DNA of 64,000 nt from positions 64,001-128,000 of the forward strand of contig CAVYXJ010000009.1 in the NCBI GenBank assembly GCA_963772455.1, read 5' to 3'. The position numbers were made by a program, and so were the translations under genes. Of this stretch, positions 20,547 through 32,345 are shown piece after piece; position 1 is the stretch's first letter, and the number at the start of each line of letters is the position of its first letter. This DNA comes from Candidatus Bathyarchaeota archaeon (GTDB lineage Archaea; Thermoproteota; Bathyarchaeia; Bathyarchaeales; Bathycorpusculaceae). The notes beneath the pieces are model-generated. The model was not told the DNA's origin, did not search any database, and was given only the letters and a program-made list of their open reading frames with translations.

Positions 20547-21065
20547 TTAATCAGGCATGTTTTGAAGAACCCAAACAAGAGTGTCCCTTTCAATTCTTCT
20601 CTTCTCATTTGAACGGTCTTTTGGATTCTCCGCAATTAATGTATTTAATTGATTAAGCTTATCATCGATTTTGTTTCTCAATTCTTCAAGATTGGCTTTT
20701 CTAAAAACTTCACTTTCAGACTTTTCAGAGTGATCAATATTTTCGTTTTCTATCTTCTTCAAATCTTCCAAAGGTTTTTCTAGCTTTACGTTTGGCGACT
20801 CAGGTATTAAACCTCCAAGTTTAATTGTTAAAGTATCTAATTTGGAAGTTGCTATTCCTCCTTCGGCAAAACTAAATTTCTTCATGAACTTTCCTATTAT
20901 GCCTGAAATTTTGTCTGCTTCTTCTTTGTCATTAAGTTTAATGAAGATTTTATTATGAGGATATCCAAGTTGATAACCAGAACTATAACCTCTTTCCTCA
21001 AGAATCCTAACAATAATTTGTGCTATGTTTTCATCGTTTGGTTCAAAAACTTCATAGTCCGGCAT
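20547..21065 (-). CDS. Hypothetical protein with charged, coiled-coil-like C-terminus
   Basis: 172-aa ORF with ATG start and an upstream TATA-like element. Confidence 0.7.
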   Translation of the reverse strand: MPDYEVFEPNDENIAQIIVRILEERGYSSGYQLGYPHNKIFIKLNDKEEADKISGIIGKFMKKFSFAEGGIATSKLDTLTIKLGGLIPESPNVKLEKPLEDLKKIENENIDHSEKSESEVFRKANLEELRNKIDDKLNQLNTLIAENPKDRSNEKRRIERDTLVWVLQNMPD

Positions 21066-21211
21066 ATTAAGTCACAACTACTTGCTTGTTTATATGCTGT
21101 GTAGATTTAAGACTTGTTAAGAACCCAAAACCACAAATCTGTGGGTCTATTCTTAAGGGCTAAATTCAAATGTGAATATCTAAGCAAGTGACGTATGAGT
21201 TTCAAAATAAA

Positions 21212-21304
21212 ATGAAAACTCTAACTAAAAAAATCGATGTAATCGTCATTATTGTGCTCTTTATATTTTCGATAGTTGAAGGAATCCTCGGCGGACATTT
21301 ATAA
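21212..21304 (+). CDS. Putative 30-aa single-TM peptide
   Basis: MKTLTKKIDVIVIIVLFIFSIVEGILGGHL*. Confidence 0.35.
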   Translation: MKTLTKKIDVIVIIVLFIFSIVEGILGGHL

Positions 21305-21354
21305 TTTCGCTAATTCTCAGACTCTATCTAAATTCGCAATATTGATCCATTATT

Positions 21355-21717
21355 CTATTTTAACCTATAATCACTAGAGATTGAGCTGTAGGGATTTTCT
21401 TTCTCTCGTCTCTCAGCTGTTTCCTTCATTTCTTCAACGACTTGACCTATACTTGTCACGGGCAACAAGTTCCCCAAAATAATTGAACGTGATAATAGCT
21501 TAATCTGTTCCCTGTATGCACAGTTCTTTATCTCAACAATGGTCAACTCCTTATCTGTCACATACAATTCTACAATACAGTCTTTAGGATGGTCTTCTGG
21601 AATTCCCCTGACAAGTATTGCGTAATAATCGTGTTTTCCCCTAGAAAAAAGACTTCCATCTGAGTCAACGATTGTCCAAATTAATGTTGTCAAAACTAGC
21701 GCTCCGTTTATCTGCAC
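21355..21717 (-). CDS. Hypothetical protein
   Basis: 120-aa ORF; no family recognised. Confidence 0.6.
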   Translation of the reverse strand: MQINGALVLTTLIWTIVDSDGSLFSRGKHDYYAILVRGIPEDHPKDCIVELYVTDKELTIVEIKNCAYREQIKLLSRSIILGNLLPVTSIGQVVEEMKETAERREKENPYSSISSDYRLK

Positions 21718-21805
21718 TTTGATTAACTAATGCATAAAGAAAGATTAAAGTCTAGTAAAATAACCCAAATACATTAGATATACAAAAAAAAATATTCCAG
21801 AGCAG

Positions 21806-22537
21806 TTAATTTAGGCTTTCGAAAAGGATTCTTTTAAGAATCGTAGCACCATGTTTCATTTTCAATTTTTTCTCGCCTAACCGCTCTCGATATTCAATGG
21901 GAACTTCGACTGTTTCAAATCCTTGTTTGCCCACTTGATGATTTAATTCTACTTCTATATCAAAACCTTTAGATTTAATGACCCATTTTCTGAGTATATC
22001 TGCACGGATAACTCGCAACCCTGTCAAGGGATCCTGCAAATTTATTCCATTAAGAAAACTATGAGCAATAGCTAATAGTTTATTTCCAAACGTAAAGCGA
22101 CCTTGGAAAGCACTTCCTTGTGTTTGCTTACTAAACCTGTTTCCGCAAACCATACCTACATCTGAATTATTTTCAAGGATCTGAATCATTTCAGGCACAT
22201 ACTCAGCCGGATAAGTAAAATCCGCATCAGTTATAACCACATACTCAACATCCTCATCCATGCATTGCACAGCCTTAGCCAAAGCATCACCTTTACCTTT
22301 GCCATCTTGGAAAAAGATTTCTGCACCACACTCTTTCGCGACATCAACTGTTCGATCATGACTATGCCCATCAATTAAAAGAATACGATTAACATTTACA
22401 TTCTCTGAAAGCTCAGAAATAGTTGCGCCTACTCCTTCTTCTTCGTTGAGTGCCGCAATAAATACGTTTATTGGGTGAATAGTTTGATATTTTTGACCGA
22501 ACATTTTTGGTTCTTCCAAACTTTTAGGGATATTCAT
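21806..22537 (-). CDS. GT2 glycosyltransferase, DPM-synthase-like
   Basis: ALNEE, IDGHS.DRT, GKG, DADFTY, GNR, DPLTG, GFDIEVE and YRER.GEKKL motifs. Confidence 0.9.
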   Translation of the reverse strand: MNIPKSLEEPKMFGQKYQTIHPINVFIAALNEEEGVGATISELSENVNVNRILLIDGHSHDRTVDVAKECGAEIFFQDGKGKGDALAKAVQCMDEDVEYVVITDADFTYPAEYVPEMIQILENNSDVGMVCGNRFSKQTQGSAFQGRFTFGNKLLAIAHSFLNGINLQDPLTGLRVIRADILRKWVIKSKGFDIEVELNHQVGKQGFETVEVPIEYRERLGEKKLKMKHGATILKRILFESLN

Positions 22538-22809
22538 TTTTTGCGAGATATTTAGGTGTCACATGTTATTCAAGGGACAAAACCATTTGAAAATAGTTTA
22601 GTCCAATTCCGAGTCCCAAAAAAACTGGCAAAATGAATAAAGCCTTTCCTTTCTCAAACAATATATACCATCCATTAACTATTAAACGAATGTGAGTGTA
22701 TGGTTACACCAACAACAATGAGAAATTAGATTAGATTATATTCGAAAAAGAAGAAATCTGATTTCGACAAGAACAACCATCTTTTCCTAATAGATCTTTG
22801 ATAATCCCG

Positions 22810-23136
22810 CTACATTCTACGAGGTTTCTGGAATACTTGACTTTTTGGCACAACCGATTTAGTTTCTGCGTTTAAGAGTTGCTTTAGTTGCCAAACTAAT
22901 ACATCTCTGTCATTAGGTTGTTGGTGTATCCATAATTCGCGGTTTTCCCTAAATTGCTGACCCGTTATCTTGCCTTTTGACTGCAATTCACCAAGCAATT
23001 TAACGAATTCTCTCAAATCCTGCTGTTCTTTGGTAGGTTCATTTGTGTTTTTTCCTTCGCCTGAAAAATTAGTTTTGGCTCCTTCGGTATCAGATTGCTT
23101 ATGAGCGTTGCTGGGATTTGAATTATTTGCAGTCAT
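22810..23136 (-). CDS. Hypothetical protein
   Basis: 108-aa ORF with ATG; TATA-like element upstream. Confidence 0.6.
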   Translation of the reverse strand: MTANNSNPSNAHKQSDTEGAKTNFSGEGKNTNEPTKEQQDLREFVKLLGELQSKGKITGQQFRENRELWIHQQPNDRDVLVWQLKQLLNAETKSVVPKSQVFQKPRRM

Positions 23137-23314
23137 TTGCCAACATATAAGTAAGGTTATTCTGGATTAATAAAGTTACAATAAATTTTTTGAAATTAAT
23201 GAGAAAAAGGCTTTTCAAATGAACTTTATCTGGAAATTCATTCAACAGCTTCAAGAATCAGGTCTTCGAAAAAAGAATATTAATCGTGGTGATTTTGATT
23301 TCACGGTTAACCGT

Positions 23315-23725
23315 ATGAAAAAGAAAGTGTTCATCTCTGGTCCGATCATTGGCATGGAAAAACAGCAGTACTATCGAAAAACTATCACTGACATCGCCTG
23401 CAAACTTGGCTATGAAATTATAGACCCGTGGAAAAGGGAGCGCGTTCTCTACAATGGAAATGAGGAGTGCTGGTGGGACAAAGTACCAGTTTTCGACTTT
23501 GTCCAACGTGACTTAGATGACGCTGATCGATGCGACATCATGGTTGTTTACCTACCTATACTCTCCGCGGGCGCATGCATGGAAATGTTCTATGCCAAAC
23601 GCAAGGGCAAAAAAATCATTGTAGTATCTGAGATGGAGTGCCTTAGCCCTTGGATTGTTTTTCACTCTGACGTCATAATTAAGGGTTTTAATGGTCTTGA
23701 GGGAGTACTCAAACAGTTTCTTTAG
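23315..23725 (+). CDS. Nucleoside 2-deoxyribosyltransferase-like protein
   Basis: KVFISGP, DP, RDL...DRCD and SAGACMEMFYA...GK motifs; ATG at 23315 preferred over 23219. Confidence 0.8.
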   Translation: MKKKVFISGPIIGMEKQQYYRKTITDIACKLGYEIIDPWKRERVLYNGNEECWWDKVPVFDFVQRDLDDADRCDIMVVYLPILSAGACMEMFYAKRKGKKIIVVSEMECLSPWIVFHSDVIIKGFNGLEGVLKQFL

Positions 23726-25331
23726 GCTTCATTTGCTTGAATTCTTCTCGGATTTTCATTTGTCTTCGTTTGCGGTTGTAACCTAGTGAAAAGTCGTGTG
23801 CTGCATCACGGATTTTCCTGAGCAGAAGTATCATTTTGCTGTTCTTGTTAAAGTTTCTTGGCGCCGACTCATCTGGCAAATAGATTTCTTCATGCTCCTT
23901 CGCTAAACCAATAATCGGAAGTTGCAACCCAAGCGTTTGCAAAGCCGCTTTTGCCGCGCTTACCTGCCCTGGTCCACCGTCAATCATCACTAAATCGGGC
24001 AACGGGGTTTTCTCTTCTATCAAACGTTTGTATCTTCGGGCAACAACCTCGTTTACTGCAGCGAAATCATCTTGTCCCTTGAAAGTTTTGATTTTGAATT
24101 TGCGGTAGTTCTTCTTGTCGGGTTTGGCATCTTTGAAGCTGACCATACCTGAAACCACATGTTCAGTGCCCAGGTTTGATACATCAAAACACTCGATAAT
24201 GCGTGGCAGAACTGGCAAATTGAGGTTATTCTGCAAATCAACCAGTGCGCTATCAATATTTAAGGTTGATTCCAAGTTTTTCTCTGCCAACTGCACAAGA
24301 CCCAACTTATCTGCCCGCCTTGGAATCGTCAACGAGACTGGCGCACAACGCTTAGCCGACAGAAACTCTTCCAACGCTTTTTTCTCTTCAGCTCCCTGCC
24401 AACACGTCTTGTTTAAAAGAATTTCTCTTGGAATCGGATTTGTTGTGTAGTATGCTTTCAAGAATTCCTGTTCAATCATTGGTTGAACATCAACGCTGAA
24501 CTCTTTTTTGCCCAGTAATACTCCTTTGCGCATACTCATCTGAACTGCCAACATCTTCTCGCCTACCTGTCTAAACACCAAAACATCTTGGTCAAAACGA
24601 CGCTCTTGATCTACGATTTGATGCTCTGTAACAAGCTTTATTGAAAGGATTTGGTTACGAAGTTCAAGTGCTGTTTCGTACTGTTGGGCTTGTGAGGCTG
24701 TCTGCATTTGAGTTTTTAATTGTTCAATCGTTTGTTGATAATTTCCATTTAGGAACGATCGCGCGTTCTTTACTTGTTCAAAATATTGTTGCGCAGTAGC
24801 TTTGCCGATGCAGGGTGCAGAACACAAGTGAATGTGGTAGTTTAAGCAAGCACGCTTAGGCAGGGTCTTACATGTACGTAGTTTGAAAACCCTCACTACT
24901 AATCGTTGTAGGTCTTGACGCGTGAAGCCGTCAGTGTAGGGTCCAAACGATTCCAGTTTACGAGCAACTTTACGGCTAGTAAGTACCCTTGGAAAATCCT
25001 CTCTTGTAAGCGAGATGTAAGCAAATGTTTTAGCATCTTTTAAGTTAACATTGTATTTTGGCCAGTGCTGCTTAACCAGCTTGTTCTCAAGCAGCAACGC
25101 TTCAACCTCGTTATTCACCACAATCCAATCGATATTTCTAATTCTTGAAACAAGCTGCTTTGTCTTTTCAGGTTGATCGGAACTTGAAAAGTAACTTTTA
25201 ACCCTAGACCGAAGGCTTTTTGCTTTACCAACATAGAGAATTTCGCCTGTTTCATCCTTGTAGAGATAAACGCCTGGGTTAGTTGGAATATCGGAGCTTT
25301 TGAAGTCGGAGGGACAAGTTATTTGGATCAT
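23709..25331 (-). CDS. uvrC: Excinuclease ABC subunit C, without the C-terminal HhH domain
   Basis: GIY-YIG domain (PGVY...YVGKA), Cys cluster, UVR domain, RNase H-like ECFDVS, IDGG.GQ and IRD.AH. Confidence 0.95.
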   Translation of the reverse strand: MIQITCPSDFKSSDIPTNPGVYLYKDETGEILYVGKAKSLRSRVKSYFSSSDQPEKTKQLVSRIRNIDWIVVNNEVEALLLENKLVKQHWPKYNVNLKDAKTFAYISLTREDFPRVLTSRKVARKLESFGPYTDGFTRQDLQRLVVRVFKLRTCKTLPKRACLNYHIHLCSAPCIGKATAQQYFEQVKNARSFLNGNYQQTIEQLKTQMQTASQAQQYETALELRNQILSIKLVTEHQIVDQERRFDQDVLVFRQVGEKMLAVQMSMRKGVLLGKKEFSVDVQPMIEQEFLKAYYTTNPIPREILLNKTCWQGAEEKKALEEFLSAKRCAPVSLTIPRRADKLGLVQLAEKNLESTLNIDSALVDLQNNLNLPVLPRIIECFDVSNLGTEHVVSGMVSFKDAKPDKKNYRKFKIKTFKGQDDFAAVNEVVARRYKRLIEEKTPLPDLVMIDGGPGQVSAAKAALQTLGLQLPIIGLAKEHEEIYLPDESAPRNFNKNSKMILLLRKIRDAAHDFSLGYNRKRRQMKIREEFKQMKPKETV

Positions 25332-28229
25332 GCAGGCTGCTTCACTGCCAAAACAGTTTCTGCCCTGCGATTAAGTATTTTTTCCAAAAACACCCCTGTG
25401 TAAGAGCCACTGTTTTTAGAAACTTCTTCAGGAGTTCCTTTAGCGAGCAATTCGCCGCCTGCAGCTCCTCCTTCAGGTCCCAAATCGATGAGGTAATCGC
25501 AGCTTTTAATCACGTCTAAGTTGTGTTCAATGATGTAGACAGAGTTGCCGTTGTCCACTAATCGATTCAAGACTTTTACCAGCCGTTTAGTGTCGTCAAA
25601 ATGAAGCCCTGTAGTTGGTTCATCTAACATGTAAATGACATGTCCAGATTTGTGTTTGCTAAGTTCACGGGTGATTTTAATTCGTTGGCTCTCGCCTCCT
25701 GACAACGTAGTTGAGCTTTGTCCCATCTTGATGTATCCAAGCCCTACCTCGAGTAGCGTCTCAAGTTTTCTTGAAACCCTCGGTGTGTTCTCAAAGAATT
25801 TTGCTGCTTCCTCTACTGTCATATCTAAAACTTCAGCTATGTTTTTGCCCTTATAGAGCACGCCTAATGTTTCTTTGTTGTAACGTTTTCCTTTGCATTC
25901 GCTGCATTGAACATAAACGTCAGGTAGAAAGTTCATTTCTATTCGCAAAACCCCATCACCTTGGCAGGTTTCGCATCTACCGCCTTTAACGTTGAAGCTG
26001 AATCTACCTTCTTTGTAGCCGCGCGCTTTAGCTTCTTTTGTAGAGGCAAAAATTCGTCTTATCTCATCAAAGAGTTTAGTGTAGGTTGCAGGGTTGCTTC
26101 GCGGCGTTCGCCCGATGGGGTCTTGATCGATAACTATAACGTTGCGCACGACACTTGGAACGTCGATGGATTCATATTTGCCTATTTTGTCAACCTGTTC
26201 ATCGAACATTTGGCGTAGTGCTGGAATAACTGTCAAATTCATCAATGTACTCTTGCCTGAGCCGGAAACGCCGGTAACTCCACATAAAACGCCCAACGGA
26301 AGCTGAAGACTAAGGTTTTTAAGGTTATTTTCTTTTGCACCTTTAACAGTGATGTACCCAACGGGTTGTCGCCGTTCAGTTGGCACTTCAATTTTCAGTT
26401 CGCCAGAGAGGTATTTTCCTGTGAGGCTACGTTTGTTAACCATGATTTCCTCAGGTGAACCTTCGGCAACAATATGTCCACCGTGAACTCCTGCTCCAGG
26501 ACCCATATCAACGATGTAGTCAGCGTTGCGTATGGTTTCCTCGTCGTGTTCTACCACAATCAAAGTATTACCTAAATCCCGCAAACGATGGAGAGTGGCT
26601 ATTAGTTTCGCATTATCTCTCTGATGCAAACCAATGCTCGGTTCATCCAAAATATATAGAACACCCATCAGGTTGCTGCCGATTTGCGTAGCTAAACGAA
26701 TTCGCTGTGCTTCGCCTCCAGAAAGCGTTCTTGCCGCCCTAGAAAGTGAAAGGTAACCCAAACCAACATTCTTCAAAAACCCGAGCCGTTGGTTAATTTC
26801 CTTAAGCACCTGTTTGGCAATAACTAACTCTTTTCCCTCCAACTGGTCGGGCAAGTTAAGGAAGAAATCAACGGCGTCTTCAATCGAAAGGTCAGTAACA
26901 TTAATTATGCTTTTACCAAGAATCTGAACCGCAAGAACCACAGGCTGAAGTCTTTTGCCATTGCAGGCGGCGCAGGGTCTTGAGGTCATGAATTTTTCAA
27001 TGTCCTCTTTTCGCCATGCACTCTCAGTTTGACGATATAGCCTCATGGTTTGCGGAATTATACCTTCCCATCCGTCTCGCATCCACATGCTAGCGCCGTT
27101 TGACCAGTTGCCGTTAATAGGTTCTTTATCGCCGTACAGGAGCACACGTAACTGCTCTTGAGTAAAATCTTTAAGTAGGAGTAAAAACGTCAAAGCCATA
27201 TTGTTTTCCCACGGTTGCAAGCTGCTGTGCACGCCAGCTAAGTTCCATAGTGCCCTTGTAAACAGCTAAGCCACCGTCCATTATTGAGAGGTTTTTATCT
27301 GGAATAATCTTATCCTCTGTAACCTCAGTGATTTCACCTAAGCCATGACAAGTTGTGCATGCACCAAACGGTGAGTTAAACGAGAACATACGTGGTTCGA
27401 GGCTTTCAAAAACGATTTCAGGATGATTTGGGCAAGCTCCAAAGGTACTGTACATAGTTTCATCTGCGAAGCGCTCAAGTTCCTTTTTCTTTTCACCCTC
27501 AGCTTTTTCAGAATTGATGAGTATCATTGTTCCTTTACCCACCGAAAGAGCCTGTTCTACAGCTTCAGAAATTCGTGAACGTTCCTCATCTTCGATAAAG
27601 ACTGTATCGATAACAGCTTCAATCCAGTGTTTCTCGTACCTGACAAGTTTCAATTCTTCTTTTATGCTATCGGAGTCGTAGATTTTTTGGTCGGCACGGA
27701 TTTTTGTGTATCCTTGTTTTTTAAGGTCTTCAAAAACTTGTTCATGTGTGCCTTTGATACCTCGAATGATTGGAGCTAAGAATGTCAATTTTTTTGTTTT
27801 TTCAGCCATTATTAGGCTGGTGATGTTTTCAGGACTTTGAGGGTGGATGCTACTGCCGCATTTAGGACAATGATGAATTCCGATGCGTGCATAGAGCAAC
27901 CTTAGATAATCGTAAATTTCTGTGACTGTTCCTACGGTTGAGCGGGGGTTTTTGCTTGTGCTCTTTTGCTCAATTGAAATTGCTGGAGAAAGTCCTTCAA
28001 TAGAATCTACATCAGGCTTATCCATAAGACCTAAAAACTGCCTAGCATAAGCACTCAAGCTCTCAACATATCTTCGTTGCCCTTCAGCATAAATCGTATC
28101 AAAAGCTAAAGTTGATTTTCCAGAGCCTGAAAGCCCAGTAATCACTATAAATTTATTTCGAGGTAACTCTAAATCAATATTCTTTAAGTTATGTTCACGT
28201 GCACCTTTAATTGAAACATTATCTCTCAT
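25328..28229 (-). CDS. uvrA: Excinuclease ABC subunit A; single frameshift near 27180
   Basis: Two ORFs join into a full UvrA: GLSGSGKS, zinc fingers, [16 protein letters not shown] and LSGGESQR. Confidence 0.95.
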
Positions 28230-28308
28230 GCCTTAAACCAAATTCCTATCTAATTCTATTTTATAACCAGTTTATTCAGGGAGATTAGAACCTTTTTACG
28301 CAAAAACC

Positions 28309-30267
28309 TTACTTTTCTGGGGCAACTGCGTTATTTTCGATTTTCCTCTCTAATGCTCTATTCAATTCAGCAATAGCATCTCTTAACTGAATAGCAAGTT
28401 CAAAATCCAATTTCTCAGCTGCTTCATGCATTTTCGCGTCTAATTCAATAATTTGGCGTTTTATGTCTGACTTTGGTAGGTGTTTGGTACCTTTGATTAT
28501 ACTTTCTTTTTGTGATACACCCTTCACTATTGTTTTTGGCGTGATATTGTGGAGTTTGTTGAAGCGTTTTTGGAAACTTCGTCTGTAAAGAGTAATCTCT
28601 ACAGCTCGTTTAATTGAGCGAGTTTCCACATCGGCATAAAGAAATACTTTGCCGTGATCGTTTCTTGATGCCCGACCTATTGTTTGAATTAAACTGCGCT
28701 CATCCCGCAGAAACCCTTCTTTATCAGCGTCCAAAATGAATATTGTTGAAACTTCAGGAATGTCTAAGCCTTCTCTAAGCAGGTTGATGCCAACGAGAAT
28801 GTCGAATTCTCGAATTCGCAGTTGTCGAATTAATTCTATCCGATCCAAGCTATCTATTTCTGAATGCATGTATCTGACGCGGAAACCTTCCTTGCATAAG
28901 TATTCGGCTAGATCTTCTGCCATGCGTTTTGTTAAAGTTGTAACTAAAACGCGGTCACCACGTTCAATGGTTTTTTTGGCTTCCGTCATCAAATGCTGCA
29001 TCTGACCCTCAATTGGATGAATCTCAACCTCAGGGTCTAAAAGTCCTGTGGGTCTCGTTATTAATTCAACTGGCAAACCACTTTTTTCAAGTTCATATTC
29101 GGCAGGGGTCGCTGAGACAAATAGGACTTTGCCCATTTTCTTTTCGAACTCTTCAAACTTTAGCGGTCTGTTATCCAATGCACTGGGCAACCTGAAACCG
29201 AAATCCACAAGATTCTTTTTTCTCGCATAATCGCCGTTGTACATTGCACGTGACTGAGGAATAGTCTGGTGGCTCTCATCTATAATCAACAAGTAGTCTT
29301 TGGGAAAATAATCCATCAACGTAAACGGAGGCTCCCCGGGTTTGCGCCCATCGAAGTGGCGGCTGTAGTTTTCCATTCCCGCACAAAACCCCACTTCCTT
29401 AATCATTTCTAAATCATAGTTTGTTCGCTGCTTGAGCCTGTGCGCTTCCAATGGGGGCAAATTGGGCAAGGTTGCTTCAAGTTCTTTTTTAATAAGTTCT
29501 AGTGCAAGTGAATGTTTCTCTTCAGGCACCACATATTGACGTGCAGGATAAAGTGTAAACTTGTCAAGCGCAGTCTTCACATCACCGCTTACCAAATTAA
29601 CTTCTTTGATTTTTTTGATTGTATTTGCTTCAAGTTCAATACGCAAAATTTCATTCTCATAGGATGGCACAACATCTACCACGTCTCCTCTTACGCGAAA
29701 TCTTCCCGGCTCAAGAACCATATCGTTTCGTTCATACTGCATGTCCACTAGTTCATGGATAAGTTGCGTTCTTGACATTTGCTTGCCAACCTCAAGAACT
29801 GCCGCCATAGTTCTGAAATCGTCTGGGTTACCTAAACTGTAAATGCAGCTTATACTGGCCACTATTATAGTGTCGTTTCGACTTACGACGCTTGAAACAG
29901 CGTGCATACGCATCTTTTCAATCTGCTCGTTAACAGAAGAGTCTTTTTCAATATACATATCTTGAGCTGGCAGGTATGATTCAGGCTGATAAAAATCGTA
30001 AAAACTAATGAAGTATTCCACTCGGTTATGGGGAAAGAGTTCTTTTAACTCCGCATACAACTGTGCCGCTAAGGTTTTATTATGTGCGATGATAAGGGCA
30101 GGTTTTTGTTGTTTGTTGATTACGTTAGCCATTACAAATGTTTTGCCACTACCTGTTATGCCAAGAAGAGTTTGTTTGGGTCTAATTGAGAAGTTTTTCA
30201 CTAGCTGCTCCACTGCAGATTGTTGCCCAGGCGAAATTTGGAATGGAGCTACAAGTTCAAACTGCAT
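28309..30267 (-). CDS. uvrB: Excinuclease ABC subunit B
   Basis: GITGSGKT, HNKTLAAQL, YQPESY, DESH, NLLREGLD, QTIGRASR and a C-terminal UVR domain. Confidence 0.97.
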   Translation of the reverse strand: MQFELVAPFQISPGQQSAVEQLVKNFSIRPKQTLLGITGSGKTFVMANVINKQQKPALIIAHNKTLAAQLYAELKELFPHNRVEYFISFYDFYQPESYLPAQDMYIEKDSSVNEQIEKMRMHAVSSVVSRNDTIIVASISCIYSLGNPDDFRTMAAVLEVGKQMSRTQLIHELVDMQYERNDMVLEPGRFRVRGDVVDVVPSYENEILRIELEANTIKKIKEVNLVSGDVKTALDKFTLYPARQYVVPEEKHSLALELIKKELEATLPNLPPLEAHRLKQRTNYDLEMIKEVGFCAGMENYSRHFDGRKPGEPPFTLMDYFPKDYLLIIDESHQTIPQSRAMYNGDYARKKNLVDFGFRLPSALDNRPLKFEEFEKKMGKVLFVSATPAEYELEKSGLPVELITRPTGLLDPEVEIHPIEGQMQHLMTEAKKTIERGDRVLVTTLTKRMAEDLAEYLCKEGFRVRYMHSEIDSLDRIELIRQLRIREFDILVGINLLREGLDIPEVSTIFILDADKEGFLRDERSLIQTIGRASRNDHGKVFLYADVETRSIKRAVEITLYRRSFQKRFNKLHNITPKTIVKGVSQKESIIKGTKHLPKSDIKRQIIELDAKMHEAAEKLDFELAIQLRDAIAELNRALERKIENNAVAPEK

Positions 30268-30477
30268 TTTACTTTCCCACAACGACAAGAATTGACCGAA
30301 CAAATGAATTAATTAAGTTTTTCTAAAAAGTAAGTTAGTTTGAGTTAATCTCTGTGTTTGAAGAAAAAAATATTTTTGTTTATTAGCAATTCTTTTTCTA
30401 AATTTGAAAAGCTAATGAAAGCGAATAATTAAAAATAAATACTATCATCCAATAAAGAAAAAATCTTTAAAGAAATC

Positions 30478-30771
30478 TTATTCTACGGTTAATTTTCCAA
30501 ATTTACCAACGTTAAGCTGAATTTCACTCTTAAAACTCGTAACATAACCGTTTTCGATTTTAATATTATCGCCTACGTTGATTTGATCAATCTGCTCGTT
30601 CCAAAGCGTCAACTTTACACTGCCAGATTCGTCAGCAACTACAGCGTCAACTATTCGATAAGTTTCATCTTTAAAGCGTGATTTAACTTCTCTAGGATCG
30701 CCTTTATCGACGACTTTGGCTTCAACGCTAACTCGTTTCATGCCGTCTTGCAAATCTTTAATCGAAACCAT
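30478..30771 (-). CDS. ssb: Single-stranded DNA-binding protein, single OB fold (crenarchaeal-type)
   Basis: MVSIKDL...VADESGSVKLTLW...IENGYV..FKSEIQLNVGKFG. Confidence 0.88.
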   Translation of the reverse strand: MVSIKDLQDGMKRVSVEAKVVDKGDPREVKSRFKDETYRIVDAVVADESGSVKLTLWNEQIDQINVGDNIKIENGYVTSFKSEIQLNVGKFGKLTVE

Positions 30772-30901
30772 TGTATTTTCCTCTCCTAAACTGTTCACTG
30801 ACAGTCGGTTTTCAATTGCAAAGGTGGGCTGCAATCATATAAATCTTGCTAACTAAAGAAGATTAGAAAAAATTGTGGCAAACGCCTTTTACAGCGTTGA
30901 C

Positions 30902-32184
30902 TTAGACTGCTCCAACTAAGAAAACCAGGAGCAAAACAACTGCGGCTAATGAAACAGCAGATAAAACAATTCTTTTTACCATGGAAAACTCTGGTTTGAG
31001 TTCTCCTACGATTATGGCACCCACTGCTCCCAGCCATACGTAAGATACTATGAACATTCCTGAAACTATGGTTCTGAAAGTCAATGTTGCTGCATCAATG
31101 TTGTTGAAGATTGTTGTTGACATTGCGGGAAGTGTTTTTAGTGCTTCAACTGGGTAATAAAGCGCTGCGTATGGATCAAAACGTACGCCTAACGATAGAT
31201 CAAACGGATAATATACAGGGGGCAAAGCAAACGTTGCTACTAAGTTAACTATTGAACGAATAACCATAATAACCAATGCAAAGCCAAAAGCTACAAAAAG
31301 AGGTTTCCAAAGCACCTGGCTTTTCAGAAGTCTACAAATCAAGTAAATGAAGCCCGTTAATATGAACCAAGTGAAAATAAACTGTAACGAAAACAACTGT
31401 AGAAATTGTAGAAGGATACCGGTGCTATTGTATTGGACCGGTGTGAGATACTGTCCATGAAAGAATAAGGCTCCAACATGTAAGTTAACATTTGTATTAG
31501 ATGGATAAGTGAAATCCAGCTTTAAGGATGTAATGTTATTCCAAGTGGGATTACCATTAGCTTTCCAACCAGCAGAGTTGGGTCCAAGAGTAAGTGAAAG
31601 GTTGTTCCATTGACCAAGTATTGAACTGTTTGATAATTGAGGCGTTAAGTCAAATTGGTATGAGTCAGTGTCTCCAAGTGAGTATAAGGTTATTGTTGCG
31701 TTTTGAGGAGCATAACTTCGGGCTGAAGCTGCTTCAAGGTGATTGAGAGATTCTGGAAGCCACTTGTGCTGCAGTCAACATTGAATAGGTTACCTAAAGC
31801 CGCTGTTACACTATTAGTATTTGTGGCATTAATTTGCAGACTGCTGTTACCAAAGAGGCTATAGTAAGCATTCGAATCTGTAGGTGGAAGTCCAAAACCT
31901 GCAACGTAAATACTGTAATTAAAATAATCATCAAAATTGTTAGTTAACGCAACATTTTGACTGCTTCTCCAGACTGAAGCATTGGTAAAAGTTGGCAACT
32001 GATCAATAGTTGGAGTTGTTTGCTCGGTATAAGTTTTAGAAAACTGTGAATACTCATAACCTACTTGTAAACCAATAAAAAGAATTAGAACAATCAGTGC
32101 CCCAATGTACTTTGGATTAGCCAAAATGCTCTTGAACGCTTTTTGCGGTGCATAAATAACTTTCAGGATGTCATCAATGAACAA
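30902..32184 (-). CDS. Yip1-domain membrane protein with a large extracellular insert; frameshifted
   Basis: N-terminal KVIYAPQKAFKSI plus TM is Yip1-like. An Asn-rich middle part continues in another frame (31400-31690), followed by C-terminal TMs (30902-31396). Confidence 0.7.
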
Positions 32185-32345
32185 TTTATTTCTAGACCTT
32201 CGCCAAGTGAAGATTACGCGGCATTTATTAAGTGTTTTTCAACTAATTAGCTAACGCAACGAAAAGTTGCTCTATCCACAATTTTGCCCTTTATTCAAAC
32301 GAATCAAACTAATTATTTAAAATTTCATTATGAATGCAACAATCA

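Noticed and set aside
23315-23725. NDT-like gene as an antiphage nucleotide-signalling component
   Set aside because: It is a lone gene with no adjacent effector or kinase; nucleotide sanitation next to uvrC is equally plausible.
27171-27232. Split uvrA as two genes or a programmed frameshift
   Set aside because: One extra base restores FDVFTPLKDF. No slippery site is evident and similar indels occur throughout the window.
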